The translations under genes and the position numbers were made by a program. Below the pieces are notes generated by a model. The model made no database searches. It was not told the DNA's origin and saw nothing but the letters and a program-made list of their open reading frames with translations. Of a stretch of 64,000 bases of DNA, positions 28,821 to 42,493 are shown one piece after another; within the stretch, counting starts at the first letter, position 1; every line of letters begins with the position of its first letter. This DNA comes from Octopus vulgaris (Eukaryota): contig OX597838.1 in NCBI GenBank assembly GCA_951406725.2, positions 2,232,001 to 2,296,000 on the forward strand, given 5' to 3'.

Positions 28821-29356
28821 ACAAATTCAACCAAATATAGTAGTCCCAAGAAATTATCAGACTCCACACCTTCGTCGATATTCTCAATCATATCAGATTC
28901 AAATTTTGTGTTGCAACATCTTTATGATGTAATCATTATCCATGTTATATACCTAATAGTGTGTGTGTTGTTAAGCACACTTTAAGGCTGTGATATTTCA
29001 TCCACGGAATTTTGTTTTGCTTGTGCAGCGCTGTAGTACATCAGTAGATAGATTTTGCGGCGTCTGTATTTACTTCAGACCAGCGCTTCAAATTTGCTTT
29101 AAGGACGAATCGAATACCGGGCACCGATAAGCTGAAATAAGAGGAAAATATCGATACTTGTCGTTCTTCTTCACTTCTGGGGCGATTAGAGTCCCCTGGC
29201 TTTGATCTCTATTGTATTTTATAACAATATATATCTTTAAACGGACTTTCATTGGACGACATGCTGCAGCCTAAAGGCGTTTAACAACACGTATTGAATG
29301 TATGTGACATTCATAATATTTGCATTATAGAGCTGTTGTTAACACATTTGCAGATT

Positions 29357-29439
<83 letters not shown>

Positions 29440-29448
29440 GTGTGTGTG

Positions 29449-29606
29449 TGGCGAGCTTCTTTCAGTTTCCATTTTCCAAATCCACTCGTAAGGCTTTAGT
29501 AAATGTCTGGGGCTATAGTAAAAGTCACTTTCCCAAGGTGCCACAAAGTGGAATTGAACCCAGAACCATGTGCTTGCGAAGCAGTCCTCTTACCACACAG
29601 CCACTA
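29449..29606 (-). mobile_element. SINE family A 5' half
   Basis: 'cttctttcagtttcc...aaatccactcgtaaggcttt...cccaaggtgccacaaagtggaattgaacccagaaccatgtg...cttaccacacagcca'. Confidence 0.85.
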
Positions 29607-30140
29607 TCTTGTAATGGTATCACGGGACTAAAGCATTATTTTAAGTTAATATAAATCTACGCCTAATCAATACGCACAGGTATTAAAACATCTTGGACTC
29701 TTTTACTGCATAAATAATTTATTTTGTCACAAACAGACTTTATACATCACAATGGCAGCTTGTCAAGTTAATAATACAATACTCAAGAAGGAACGGTAAG
29801 CGATTCCACGTTGCCTCTTGAAAAGATCCTTTTGTAAAAATATTACTTAATAATGGTAGTTTTAGCAGGATAATATATTAAACGTAATAAATTCTCTTTA
29901 ATTAACTCTTTATAAAATATTAAATTTAATTAGTTTACAGTAGTCGTTAATATTTCCGGGATTATTAAGAGGAATTTTATTCGTGGTGTCGTTACGATTT
30001 CTATTATTGCCCCTTAACAAAATTTAGTTTAGAATTTCCAGACATGTTCTAGTTAACAAAACTCTTAAAAGCTGAATGATTCAAGTTAGCAATAACTATA
30101 TAGTTACAGAATATTAGATATATTTTCTTTTCTTTTATAC

Positions 30141-30222
<82 letters not shown>

Positions 30223-30428
30223 TATTGACTCTGATATCCAAGTTTATCATGTGTAGATATCTAATATACTTTCATTATTAATGTTTAGCTGTTTCACAAA
30301 TTGTATTATATACACTCGTTTATTTAATTAATAATTTATGATTTCAAAGGTATAAAGAAGTACATTAAAATATTTTTGTATGTCATATATCGTTACAGAA
30401 TGCTCTGGTTATGCCTTATAGTTCTATG

Positions 30429-30580
<152 letters not shown>

Positions 30581-30991
30581 CAGACAGATTTATGTATCTA
30601 CATATATGGTTTTTATATAGACAGACATCTACATATCCATACGTAAACCAACACGTACATAGAAACCTATATGGCTATACTTATAGAACCGCTCTCATCA
30701 CCATATTCTCCTCTGTGTTTGTGTTTGTGTGTGTATGTGTGTTGGGATTCTCTTCGTCCTTTGTTAGTCGTCATATTTATAGAACTCTGCTTGTAATAAT
30801 GTGTTAGTATGAAACCCCGTTTGAAGCCGGGCCGCTTCTGAACATCGTCAGACAGAAAATATGCACTCTCTGATGGAATCAGTTGTAAGAGACAAAACTA
30901 GCCAATTCCATCCTCATTCCAATGATCCAGTCTTCTGAGATTGCTCTGTGGTTAGTCGGTTGGTCCTTTAGCAACAGCCGCGTTAAATGTC

Positions 30992-31085
30992 TACGAAGTG
31001 GGGCTGAAAAGTTTCTGACTTTGGGAAAAAATAAAATACAGGAGAATCAGTTGATTATAATTTTATTCAGCATATTCCCCTGTCA
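30992..31085 (+). mobile_element. Mariner-type terminal repeat remnant
   Basis: 'tacgaagtggggctgaaaagtttctgactt...ttttattcagcatattcccc' resembles TACGAGGG...AAAAGT mariner termini. Confidence 0.55.
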
Positions 31086-31192
31086 TATATTCAGTTCGGA
31101 AGGTTGGACCTCCAGCCAGACATTTAGCGACACCCTTAAAACCTTCTATTAAAACACCTATACCTTCACCTCTCTTTCTGCTTGTGTCCATC

Positions 31193-31240
<48 letters not shown>

Positions 31241-31291
31241 TTTGTTTATCTATTTATTTATCTGCCTGTATGTTTTATTGCGTTTGTGTGC

Positions 31292-31340
<49 letters not shown>

Positions 31341-31383
31341 GTTTGTATATATACATATGTATGTATATAAATATGTATATACA

Positions 31384-31441
<58 letters not shown>

Positions 31442-31446
31442 TTCAT

Positions 31447-31510
<64 letters not shown>

Positions 31511-32659
31511 GTGTGTGTGTGTGTGTGTGTGTGTACTTATGTATGTATATACATAGTGGGGTGTGCCTCTAAGATTACGCCATATTTCATACGTACACGA
31601 TGTGGGCTGAATCCGCCTCTATAATTATGTTATATTTCACTAAAATTTATATCTTATAATTTCAACCTAACATTTTTATTTCACCGATTCTGCAAAATAT
31701 ATTGTTTTCATTTCAGTTTGTTGAACTCCTATGCTAATTAAAGTATCATCATTATCGTCATCTTAATTAGACACGTCCCTAAAACCACCACCATCACTGC
31801 CACTACAACAACAACAACAACTACTACTACTACCACCACTCTGAACACCAGCATCACAAACTCTCCTCCTACGTCTACTACTACTGCTGCTAATACTACT
31901 ACCATCACCACCATCAACACCACCAGTATTATGAATACTACTACTACAATCACAAACAATACAACTACCAACCACTTCTACTACTACCACCACCACCGCC
32001 ACTACTACTATTACAATTAAAACAACTACTTCTACATCGTCTATTACTGCAACTACTACTACTACTACTACTACCCAATAGTCGCCTTAATTGAAAAGAT
32101 ATTCGTTATTTACCTGTAACCAACTCCACCCCACCACCTCAACGATTTGCTTTCTTTTTGTTAAAAAAAAGGGAAAACTTATTCCAGCCGATAAAATTTC
32201 CCTCGTTGATTGATTGATTTGTAAACTTAATTAATTAATTAGAATATTTAATTATTTTTTGTTCTCTACTGGGGTTTGTGTTGGTGTTTAAATATTTCAT
32301 ATTGCTTTGGTTGACATCGAGTCGCAGATCTCTTCTGATGGAATCCAGCATTTGGCTAACATATTCCGCTCTTTCGTAGCCCGTCTCTCCAATACAAGCA
32401 ACTTCCATTATCAAATGGATTCTACTTTTTAAAAGACATTGGTTGTATTTGAACAAATTTAGCCGTGAATTACTGAACGGTTTCAGAGCGGAAAGGCTGC
32501 TGCTTCTTCAGCCAATAAATACAGAGTTCGAATCCAGCCTGCGTTCAAATTTACTTTTCATATTTCTGGGCCCGAGAAAATAAGTATTAGTACTGTGGAA
32601 TAAACTGGCTGATGTTCCCTATTTACCTTTCTGTCTGCATAATTTCTGTTCCGGTCTTT

Positions 32660-32783
32660 ATTTAATTTACGTGTTCCAAATCCACTCATAAGACTTCGTT
32701 TAGGCCGGGGGTTATAGTGAAAGACATTCCCCCAAGGGACTGATCCCGGAACCATGTGCTTAGGAAGCATACTTCATCTCACA
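32660..32783 (-). mobile_element. SINE family A 5' half
   Basis: 'ccaaatccactcataagact...gggactgatcccggaaccatgtg'. Confidence 0.75.
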
Positions 32784-33375
32784 TTGAGTGTGTGTGTGTG
32801 TGTATGTGTGTGTGTGTATGTGTGTGTGTGTATGTGTGTGTGTATGTCTGTGTGTGTGCGTGTGTGTGTGTTTAAATATGTAGGTATTCATTTTAAACTA
32901 TAGTATTATTGTGTGTTAGTGTGCGCGCTTTTGTCTGTACCTACATACACACACAAGGAAGGAGACAGGCAATGTATACATGCCCTCACGCACACACAGG
33001 CAAACACACTACAGTCACACATACATATACATAGAAGAGAGAGCAATAGGATATCCAGGCAAATGCTAGAATTCACTGTTGTTCCTTGTATTTAGTTCCA
33101 ATGATTCTTATCAACAGAGGGCAGCACTAAACTTATTCAGCGCTCCTGCTCTTCTGCCCTTCTGCTCTTCTGCTCTTCTGGCCTCAAATAACCCTGCTTC
33201 TAATGAATGCATTGAAATATTAATGTTTACATTGCAGAAGATATATTCGATTTCCTCTGCAAAGACTTACAGAATCGCTGAATAGAGCTTTTCTCTGTTT
33301 ATAGTCCAAATCCAACTCCTAGCGTCACGGACCATCTCATATCTTTAAACTCACAATTTAAATACTTGATCTTCA

Positions 33376-33420
<45 letters not shown>

Positions 33421-33727
33421 GTTACTTATTTCATTCAAATAGAATTTCTGCTTGTGATATCGTAATTGTTATCGTGGTTATTATGAGTGTGCTGATATTA
33501 TTCTCTCGACTGTTTATTTTTATATCTTATTATGGAAGTCAAAATAAAAAAAGAGAAAACGAAACGAAAAGAAAACGAAACGAAAAGAAAAGGAACTGCC
33601 CTCTAGACGACTCTGGTCATATCGTGTTGAATATAACATTGTAATATATAAACCGATTGATTGCGCACGCACGCTGCATTTGTCATGATACCGTATATAT
33701 TACATATGATTTTATTCTACGCCTCTC

Positions 33728-33763
<36 letters not shown>

Positions 33764-33772
33764 CCTCCCTCC

Positions 33773-33826
<54 letters not shown>

Positions 33827-33858
33827 TTTATTTAAAGCAGCAGAAAATTCAACAAAAT

Positions 33859-33896
33859 CTGTTACTCTGAGTTTCTCGTTGCCGTTCATCAGACAG
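33859..33896 (-). ncRNA. Minimal type I hammerhead ribozyme in a ~147-bp TA-flanked element (33825-33971)
   Basis: Minus strand: CTGT-CTGATGA-ACG gcaa CGA-GAAA-CTC a GAG-TA-ACAG; canonical core, helix I CTGT/ACAG, one mismatch closing helix II. Confidence 0.8.
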
Positions 33897-33969
33897 TTTT
33901 TGCTAGAATGGAACCGATATATCAATTCCACCTTTTTTCCACCTTGTTTCACATTTATGTGTTTACTCC

Positions 33970-34034
<65 letters not shown>

Positions 34035-34140
34035 TCGTGTGTGTGTGTGTGGAAGAGGTGACTGGAACTCTAAATCCAACTGAAAGACATTCTTCAACCG
34101 GATGAATAAAAACCATCAACGTAGTTCTTGAACTCCCACT

Positions 34141-34372
34141 CAGGACCCCAAAAGAAACCGGAATTTTGCAATATTATTTTATCCACCCAAGTTTTACCGC
34201 TTTACACTTTTATCGCCTTCACAGTATTCTCCATTTGAAGCAATGCATCGGTCCAGGCCCGCGTTTTCCACTGTCCGAAGCAGTGCTGGAACTCTTGCGA
34301 AGTGATGCCATTTAACGCCTTTGTTGTTGTTGTTTTTTTCTTTTTATTCGCTTCTTCCACATCTCCAAATTC
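34141..34372 (-). mobile_element. Mariner transposase C-terminal remnant with terminal repeat
   Basis: Minus strand FGDVEEA...TTKALNGITSQEFQHCFGQWKT, then frameshifted LDRCIASNGEYCEGD. Confidence 0.75.
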
Positions 34373-34382
34373 CGTAGTACCA

Positions 34383-34493
34383 GCTAAGTGAAATAAAGTG
34401 TTTTGCTCAAGAACACAACACGCAACCCGGTCCAGGAATCGAACTCACAACCTCACGATCGTAAGATCGACGCTCTAACCATTGAGCCATGCG

Positions 34494-34495
<2 letters not shown>
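34383..34495 (-). mobile_element. SINE family B head
   Basis: Reverse complement 'aggcgcatggctcaatggttagagcgtcgatcttacgatcgtgaggttgtgagttcgattcctggaccggg' matches 58370. Confidence 0.9.
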
Positions 34496-34577
<82 letters not shown>

Positions 34578-34832
34578 CATACATATGCCTATGTATATTT
34601 ATATATATATACACACATATGTAGATATATGTATATATATATAAATATGTTTACATGTATATAATTTGCAACCCCACTAGAATGGGAGAAAGCGCTAATG
34701 ATCTGAATGATATGATATATATGTAAAAAATGTAATATCTAAATAAACATCTGTAAATATGAACCATCCGATCTTCTGATTACCTCATTTCTTCTAATAT
34801 ATAATACCTGTACATCATCTCCAAACCTTCCA

Positions 34833-35008
<176 letters not shown>

Positions 35009-35173
35009 CACACACATATACATATGCACACGTGTGTGTATATGCATATGTGTACGTCTGCATATGTATATATTTACCAAACTTTATGCACGTATCTATG
35101 TATCTCTTGCTTATATGTTTTATATTTATGCACTTTCGTGCATGATTTGCATACATATTTCAATTTTCTATCT

Positions 35174-35204
<31 letters not shown>

Positions 35205-35455
35205 GTGAACGGCGTAATGGGCGAATTATTTTTAAATGATATGCCTTATCCACCTGACATTGTAATTGTGTTTTTATAATACAAGGATATGTCACTATGA
35301 CTCTTTGAATCGAATCTAGTTTGATAAGTGCCAATGGTTGAAACTCAGGGGCCTTCACTTAGTCTGTTACTTTTGTGACTTTAGTCAATTATTAATAATA
35401 CCGCTTGTGTACGTGTGTGTGTGTATGTGTATGTGTGTGTGTGCGTATACGTATA

Positions 35456-35885
35456 TATTGGGTCATTCCGTAAATGATACGATTGATTCTACTTTTATTT
35501 CTCAAGGTGTAGATAAACAAAGTTCTTTTTAAATCTAAAATATACTCTCCTTCATTTTCTACAATGCTCTTCCATCTGTCTGGTAGACTTGCAAGGCCTT
35601 GATGAAAAATACTCCTCCAGTACTGTTCTGACCTCATCTACAGTATTCAGATTTTCCCTATCCAAATTATTTTGAAGACTTCAGAATAAATGATAATCAG
35701 ATGGGGGCAGTGTCCAGTGAATATGGTAGGAGGGGCATCGTTTCCCAGTCAAACTGCTCCAGCCTTTGGAATGTCATCCTCGCTGTATGTGGCCAAGCAT
35801 TATCCTGATGGAAGAACACTTTTCATCTTGAAACCAAAGATGGTCATTTTCCTTCTAGCGCTGACGTAGGCCACTCAAGCTGTTC
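35456..35885 (-). mobile_element. Mariner transposase 3' fragment with TIR, pseudogenised
   Basis: FFHQDNAWPHTARMTFQRLEQFDWETMPLLPYSLDTAP/SDYHLF...GLASLPDRWKSIVENEGEYILD; TIR-like 'tattgggtcattccgtaaatg'. Confidence 0.9.
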
Positions 35886-35995
35886 ATTTCATAATATTAT
35901 ATCATACTATATTATATTATATTATATATTTTAATATTATATTATATTATTATAAGATTGTAAATAAAAGGTGAAAATCAAAGTTGGAATTTCTT

Positions 35996-36091
<96 letters not shown>

Positions 36092-36176
36092 TTAGAGACA
36101 AAACCACTATTTTGCAAAACAAACAAGGAAAGACTTAATCAATACATAAAATTTTAATAAAAAGTCAAAAAAACCG

Positions 36177-36219
36177 CCACTACAATTGTTTCTTGTCCTG
36201 ATCGACAATCTTCAGGTGG
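36177..36219 (-). ncRNA. Canonical minimal type I hammerhead ribozyme in a TA-flanked element (~36085-36300)
   Basis: Minus strand: CCAC-CTGAAGA-TTGTC gatcag GACAA-GAAA-CAATTG-TA-GTGG; all core nucleotides and all three helices intact. Confidence 0.9.
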
Positions 36220-36320
36220 ACTTCCAATCTAAAATATCAATATTTTAAAATATAAAAATAATAATTTTAAAATAATTAAAGTATTAATGAAAAAATATAA
36301 ATATATAATCTATATATAAC

Positions 36321-36379
<59 letters not shown>

Positions 36380-37326
36380 TGTGTGTATACAGAAATGTCA
36401 TATTTTCCGTTTGTTATCTTTTTAGTTAGTCCTAAAAATATACATACATACATGAATACGTACGTACGTAGTACGTATGTATGTATGTATGTATGTGTGC
36501 ATGTGTGCATGTGTGCATGTATCTGTGTGTATGTGTGTATGTATACATGTACAACATAGACGGACGTATTTAAATATAGTTAGATAGATAGATAGATAGA
36601 CAGACAAGTAGACAGAGAGACAAATTGATGGAGAGAAAGAGAGAAAGAGAGAGATATATATAATTTTGAGAAGGACGACCAGGATGATGCTGTTCGGTCC
36701 CGGTTTGAGAAAAAAAGACCAACAAACATATACACAGATCCAATCAAACATAATGCAGATGCATATTTGTATATGTTTATTGAGAAATGGAGAGGAAGGT
36801 GGAAAGAGGAAGGGGACCGAGAGGGAGAAAGTAAGATGGAGAGGGAACTGTCGAAATTGAATGCAAAAAAAAAAAGACCAGTGGATTATGAGTAAATACA
36901 TCAGAATAGAAATGTGAAGATGCATTTGTAAAGGCAATAATTTAGTTTCTGCGTGGCGGCTGAAGGATTTTAGCTTATCAAGTACGTAAATATTGTGTTA
37001 GTGTTTAGCTGCAGGGATCGCCCAGAGGTGTGTTTAGTATAAACATGTACACATGCATATAGGATCCCACACACATGCATGCACACACATACACAAAGCT
37101 TTAGACACACAAAAAATACTCCAGCATGAACATGCATATGTGTAGCCGTACAAATATAATTGCATTCACAAACTGAATTACCTGTATGAATGCACAACGC
37201 TTAAGTATGTAGTATATATATATCTGTGTGTGTATCTATATATCTATTTTTGTATTATATGTACATCTATATCGGCAGGCAGGTAAAAGGTACCATGTAG
37301 TTTGGTCGTTAGATATATATATATAT

Positions 37327-37383
<57 letters not shown>

Positions 37384-37596
37384 GACATGACTATGTTATT
37401 CCATAGATCAATAGAAGCAAAAACAGAAAAAGGGGACAGCATATGTTGAAATAGAGCATTGAAATATATTTCGACAAGGAGCGTCCAAAGATTACAGAAA
37501 ATTATGCAAGACTATATATATATATATATATATATATACGTAAATATCGAGCGATGAGAATGAGGGTTCAACACTGCATTAGGGGTAAATGTTCTT

Positions 37597-37748
37597 TATT
37601 TGTGCATTAATGCTACCATTGGTTTCATGTTAAAGCATCATTTCAATCCAAAATGGAAAAGAACACAATTTTTTCTTTCTGATTGGATTGAAAAAATAGT
37701 CAAGATATTTCTTGTCGTGAAACCAATGGTAGCCTTACTATATAAATA
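37597..37748. repeat. Short inverted-repeat element; related arm at ~13590-13660
   Basis: GCTACCATTGGTTTCA (37612-37627) / TGAAACCAATGGTAGC (37718-37733); inner arms tttcaatccaa/ttggattgaaa. Confidence 0.75.
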
Positions 37749-37756
37749 TGAATAAG

Positions 37757-37881
<125 letters not shown>

Positions 37882-38505
37882 AAGAGAGAAAGGGAAAGAG
37901 AAAGAAAGAAAGAAAGAGAGAGAAAGAGAGAGAGAGACCGAGAGTTGCAGATACGTCTGTATGGTTAAGTATTTTAATTCATAACCATGTACTCATATCT
38001 CTTATAAACATCACTATTTCCACACTAAACTACTCTTACACCAATTCATTATGACAAAACTCTTCCCAGATCTCTGCATGACGCATCTCTACACTTTAAC
38101 AGAATCATCAAATAATGTAGTGGGAGGATAAAAGCAAACAAAAATAACAAAGGAGGAACAAATTATATATTACGTAAGCAGAATACTTCAGCTGCTTGAT
38201 CAGATATCTTCATGGTATTGACACTAAATATGATGGCTATAGATGTATAAGAGAATTTGTAAACATTTCACATCACAAGCGGATGACAGACCCACAAACA
38301 CACACACATACACACATACACACCCATATGCACACACATGTATATATGATCAGCTCGTGATATCAAATAACCGCCCCATTCAACGAGTAACTGCGTTTAG
38401 TTTAACATTAGCTTATGAAGTGAACGGTCACTGAAGCATCTTCTATAGGTGGTATTATATTTAAGGTTCTTTCGTTTTGTGGGTTCAGCCAATTAAAGTG
38501 TATTT

Positions 38506-38557
<52 letters not shown>

Positions 38558-38677
38558 ATATAAAAGTATTTTATGTATGAACTATATATATATAATACTA
38601 TATATATATATATATATATATTTTTTCTTATATATATTATTTTACTAAGCCTTTATATATTGTAATAATTTGAATTC

Positions 38678-38713
<36 letters not shown>

Positions 38714-38733
38714 ATATGTAAAAATGTACACAT

Positions 38734-38779
<46 letters not shown>

Positions 38780-39198
38780 CTATGTATTAAAGGAGTCAAA
38801 AAATAAAACAAAAATAATAGTGTTCAGTAGTTTGTTCAGTATGTTGGCCACAGGAATTTCTGTCCAGGGAAGTTGTACATCATCCCGCCTTTCTTTGGCC
38901 AGGGAAGTTTTATATCATCACATCCCCCTTTCTCTCTCTCTCTCTGTTACTATTACTCCCATTGCCACCATCAACACTACTACTTTTAATAAAACATCAT
39001 TAACTCTCACTAGATTTCTTTGTCTCTCTCTCTCTCTCTCCCCTGTCTTCGCCACCGCCTTCAACGTCTCTATGTCTTCTCTTACTCTCACCGCAGCACG
39101 ATGAATAGTGAGAGACGGGGTGAAACTATGATACACTGACACACAGGAATTAGTTTCCGAATTCATTATATTACATATATATGTGTGTGTGTGTGTTT

Positions 39199-39229
<31 letters not shown>

Positions 39230-39303
39230 AGTATATGTATATATATATGTATATATATGTATGTATATGTGTTTGCGTGTATATATATATATATATATAT
39301 ATG

Positions 39304-39400
<97 letters not shown>

Positions 39401-39484
39401 CATACATACATATGTATGTATGTATCTATATGTATATATACAAACGTACAGATAGATAGTAAGACAAACATCAGATCAAAGCAT

Positions 39485-39517
<33 letters not shown>

Positions 39518-39767
39518 ATGTTATATTGAAATCCTCATACTGTATCCTAAAAGAAGTGTGTGATAAATATGATAATAGAGTGGAGACGAGTTAATCAAAT
39601 GTCTTTTTTTCAATCAATCATGATATACTTTTATTGGCAGTTGACTCAACTGAAATAACGATCATTTAAATATTCAACCTGACGTACTACTCTACTCATC
39701 TCTAGTCTTTTCGTCCATGTTGTTATTGCTGCTGTAGTTGTTGTTGTTGTTATTATTATTATTATTA

Positions 39768-39802
<35 letters not shown>

Positions 39803-39806
39803 GTTA

Positions 39807-40137
39807 TTCAGTAGTTTTATTTTTATAGCGTGCTTTCACTTCACTACCGAGCACAGCTCTGTGTGCCTTGGGTATGTGCTGTGATTTGTTGTGATGCTCT
39901 GATGGTTATTGTATGGAAAGTGTTCTGCGTAGGATGTGTGCAGTGCCTAGTAGTGCAATTTTCCGTATGTTATATGTGTTTGTAAGTCCTGGTGTTTTTG
40001 TTATGTATTTGTCTGATTATTTTTTTATCATGCCTAATGCACCTACTATGATAGGAATTGTTTCTGTTTTCAGATTCCACATTCTAGTTACCTCTATTTC
40101 CAGGTCTTTGTATTTTGAGAGTTTCTCCATTTCTTTC

Positions 40138-40140
<3 letters not shown>
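39807..40140 (-). mobile_element. RLE-type (Dong/R4-like) LINE 3' fragment in (TAA)n
   Basis: KEMEKLSKYKDLEIEVTRMWNLKTETIPIIVGALGMIKK...YITKTPGLTNTYNIRKIALLGTAHILRRTLSIQ*; flanked by TAA repeats. Confidence 0.9.
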
Positions 40141-40208
<68 letters not shown>

Positions 40209-40274
40209 CATTATTATTAATGTTGTTGTTACTACTACTACTACCTCTACAACAACAAAAACTAATACTAATAC

Positions 40275-40304
<30 letters not shown>

Positions 40305-40305
<1 letters not shown>

Positions 40306-40765
40306 GCCTTTGCACAGCTTCTAATGCTAGAGATGTACTACGGTGTCAGCTGTTCACTACCAGTGAACTAAGGTAAAACCCCTTATTTTTCGAGCACCTT
40401 CCGGAGTATTCGAGTAGTTCCAAGTAGTGCTGTTTTCAGCAAGGGATCCACCCTTATTGCAGCCTCTATTTGTTCCATGTACTTCTCAAGATGTTTACTC
40501 ACTGTTCCCGGAGCTCCAACAGTTATTGTTACTACTGCCATCTTTTTCCATGTGCCACAACTACTTAACTCCCCAAGCTAACCTGTCATTTTTATCCACT
40601 TTTCTTTCTGCTTTATCGCATACCTTGTTGTCCGCTGGGTATACTATATCTATGATCCAGCATAGTTTGCTTTCTTTCTCAATTAAGACTATGCCTGGCT
40701 TCCTATCCTCTATCTCATGGTTATACTGAATCATAAAATCCTACAGGATCTTTGCTTTATCATTT
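40305..40765 (-). mobile_element. Second RLE-type LINE 3' fragment (restriction-like endonuclease domain)
   Basis: KIL*DFMIQYNHEIEDRKPGIVLIEKESKLCWIIDIVYPAD...KTALLGTTRILRKVLEK*; (AAT)n tail. Confidence 0.85.
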
Positions 40766-40807
40766 TATTCTTCTTCTTATTATTATTATTGTTGTTGTTG
40801 TTGTTGT

Positions 40808-41240
40808 GTGATGAAAACTCTCGGCTTATCTTGCTGGGTGTGATGGAAAATGTCAGCTGTCCACAGCCAGCCGACTAAGGTTACCCTTGTTTACTGATCA
40901 TGCTCCGAAATCCTGCGCAGATCTTCTGCAGTTTCAAGCAACGATGTAGGTGATTCGTCTTCACATTTGTACCGATCTCTTTGAGCTATGCCGGTTGTAG
41001 AACGCTGATCTTACGACCAGAATGCTCCGATAGTTTACCATGTATACGTATTCACTTCACCTGTGCCTCACAGCATGACTGGGTCCACCCTGCTCTACAA
41101 TGGGACACCTGATGATGGGCGCCACCTTCGCAATTGATTCCAGTCTCGTTCGTGCCCTTACCCTCAGCTTTTCCGCTTGACATTTCTATTCATGAATGAG
41201 GTGTGTTTTTAGGTTTCCATCAACCGAGACTTTTTGAATC
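40808..41240 (-). mobile_element. Third, more diverged RLE-like LINE 3' fragment
   Basis: Ends ...LLETAEDLRRISE with 3'UTR 'gggtaaccttagtcggctggctgtggacagctgaca', similar to 'accttagttcactggtagtgaacagctgaca' of the 40305 copy. Confidence 0.55.
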
Positions 41241-41257
41241 GAGATTTCCACCAATCG

Positions 41258-41350
<93 letters not shown>

Positions 41351-41357
41351 GTAGTAT

Positions 41358-41420
<63 letters not shown>

Positions 41421-41441
41421 CAGCAGTAGTAGTATTACTAA

Positions 41442-41520
41442 GACGGTGAGTTGACAGAATCGTTAGATCGCCGGACGAAATGCTTACAAACATTTCGTCT
41501 TTCACACTCGGAGTTCAAGC
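41442..41520 (+). mobile_element. SINE family D head
   Basis: 'gacggtgagttgacagaatcgttagatcgccggacgaaatgctt...ggagttcaa'. Confidence 0.75.
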
Positions 41521-41794
41521 GAGAGAGATGGGAGGGGGAGGGGGTAAAAGAATGGAGATGACGAAATAAAAGTGAAGTTGAAGAATGGAATGATAAAATA
41601 AGGAAATGATCGAATGGAAAGGAAATGTGCGTGGGCTCATTCGTTGTTCAGCTTTGCAAAAAGACGAGTGTTTGAGGAATGGAACAAAGAAAGCGCTTAC
41701 ACTGAATGCTCACAATACGAAAATTTTTTCCAAGCGGTTCATGTCATTCAGCTTTTCATAAAAATTTACATACATACGAGCGTGTGTGTGTGTG

Positions 41795-41840
<46 letters not shown>

Positions 41841-42290
41841 TGTGTCTGTCAGTCTGTCTGTCTGTCTTTGTATGAGTGTGTATGTCTATATGTATCTGTG
41901 TGTCTGTGTCTGTGTCGCTCTGTGTGTGTGTGTGTGTGTGTCTGTCAGTCTGTCTGTCTGTCTTTGTATGTGTGTGCATGTCTATATATATCTGTGTGTG
42001 TGTGCGTACATGCATATAAAAAGAAGCCCCATAAACATCAAAATGCTTATTATAGAATTTTTATTCCATGCTAATGTTGATGATGATGGTGATGATGATG
42101 ATGATGATGGCAACGACGATGACAGCGAAAACAATGGGTTTGATGACGCTACAGATATTATACTTTTGCGAGAAACGGAAATAAATATAATGCAAAACAG
42201 AAGAAAGTTCAACAAAAATTATGAAACACTGCAATAACAAGTCTTCAAAACAATACGAAATATTCGGTAAAAGCACACTGGAACGATATA

Positions 42291-42356
<66 letters not shown>

Positions 42357-42375
42357 TGTGTGTGTGTATGTATAT

Positions 42376-42407
<32 letters not shown>

Positions 42408-42462
42408 CTGTCGTTAAATACATCGATTGTATATATACATGTGTATGTATATATGCTATATG

Positions 42463-42493
<31 letters not shown>

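Noticed and set aside
32235-32456. ORF faintly resembling an RT subdomain
   Set aside because: Similarity is too weak to call without a search.
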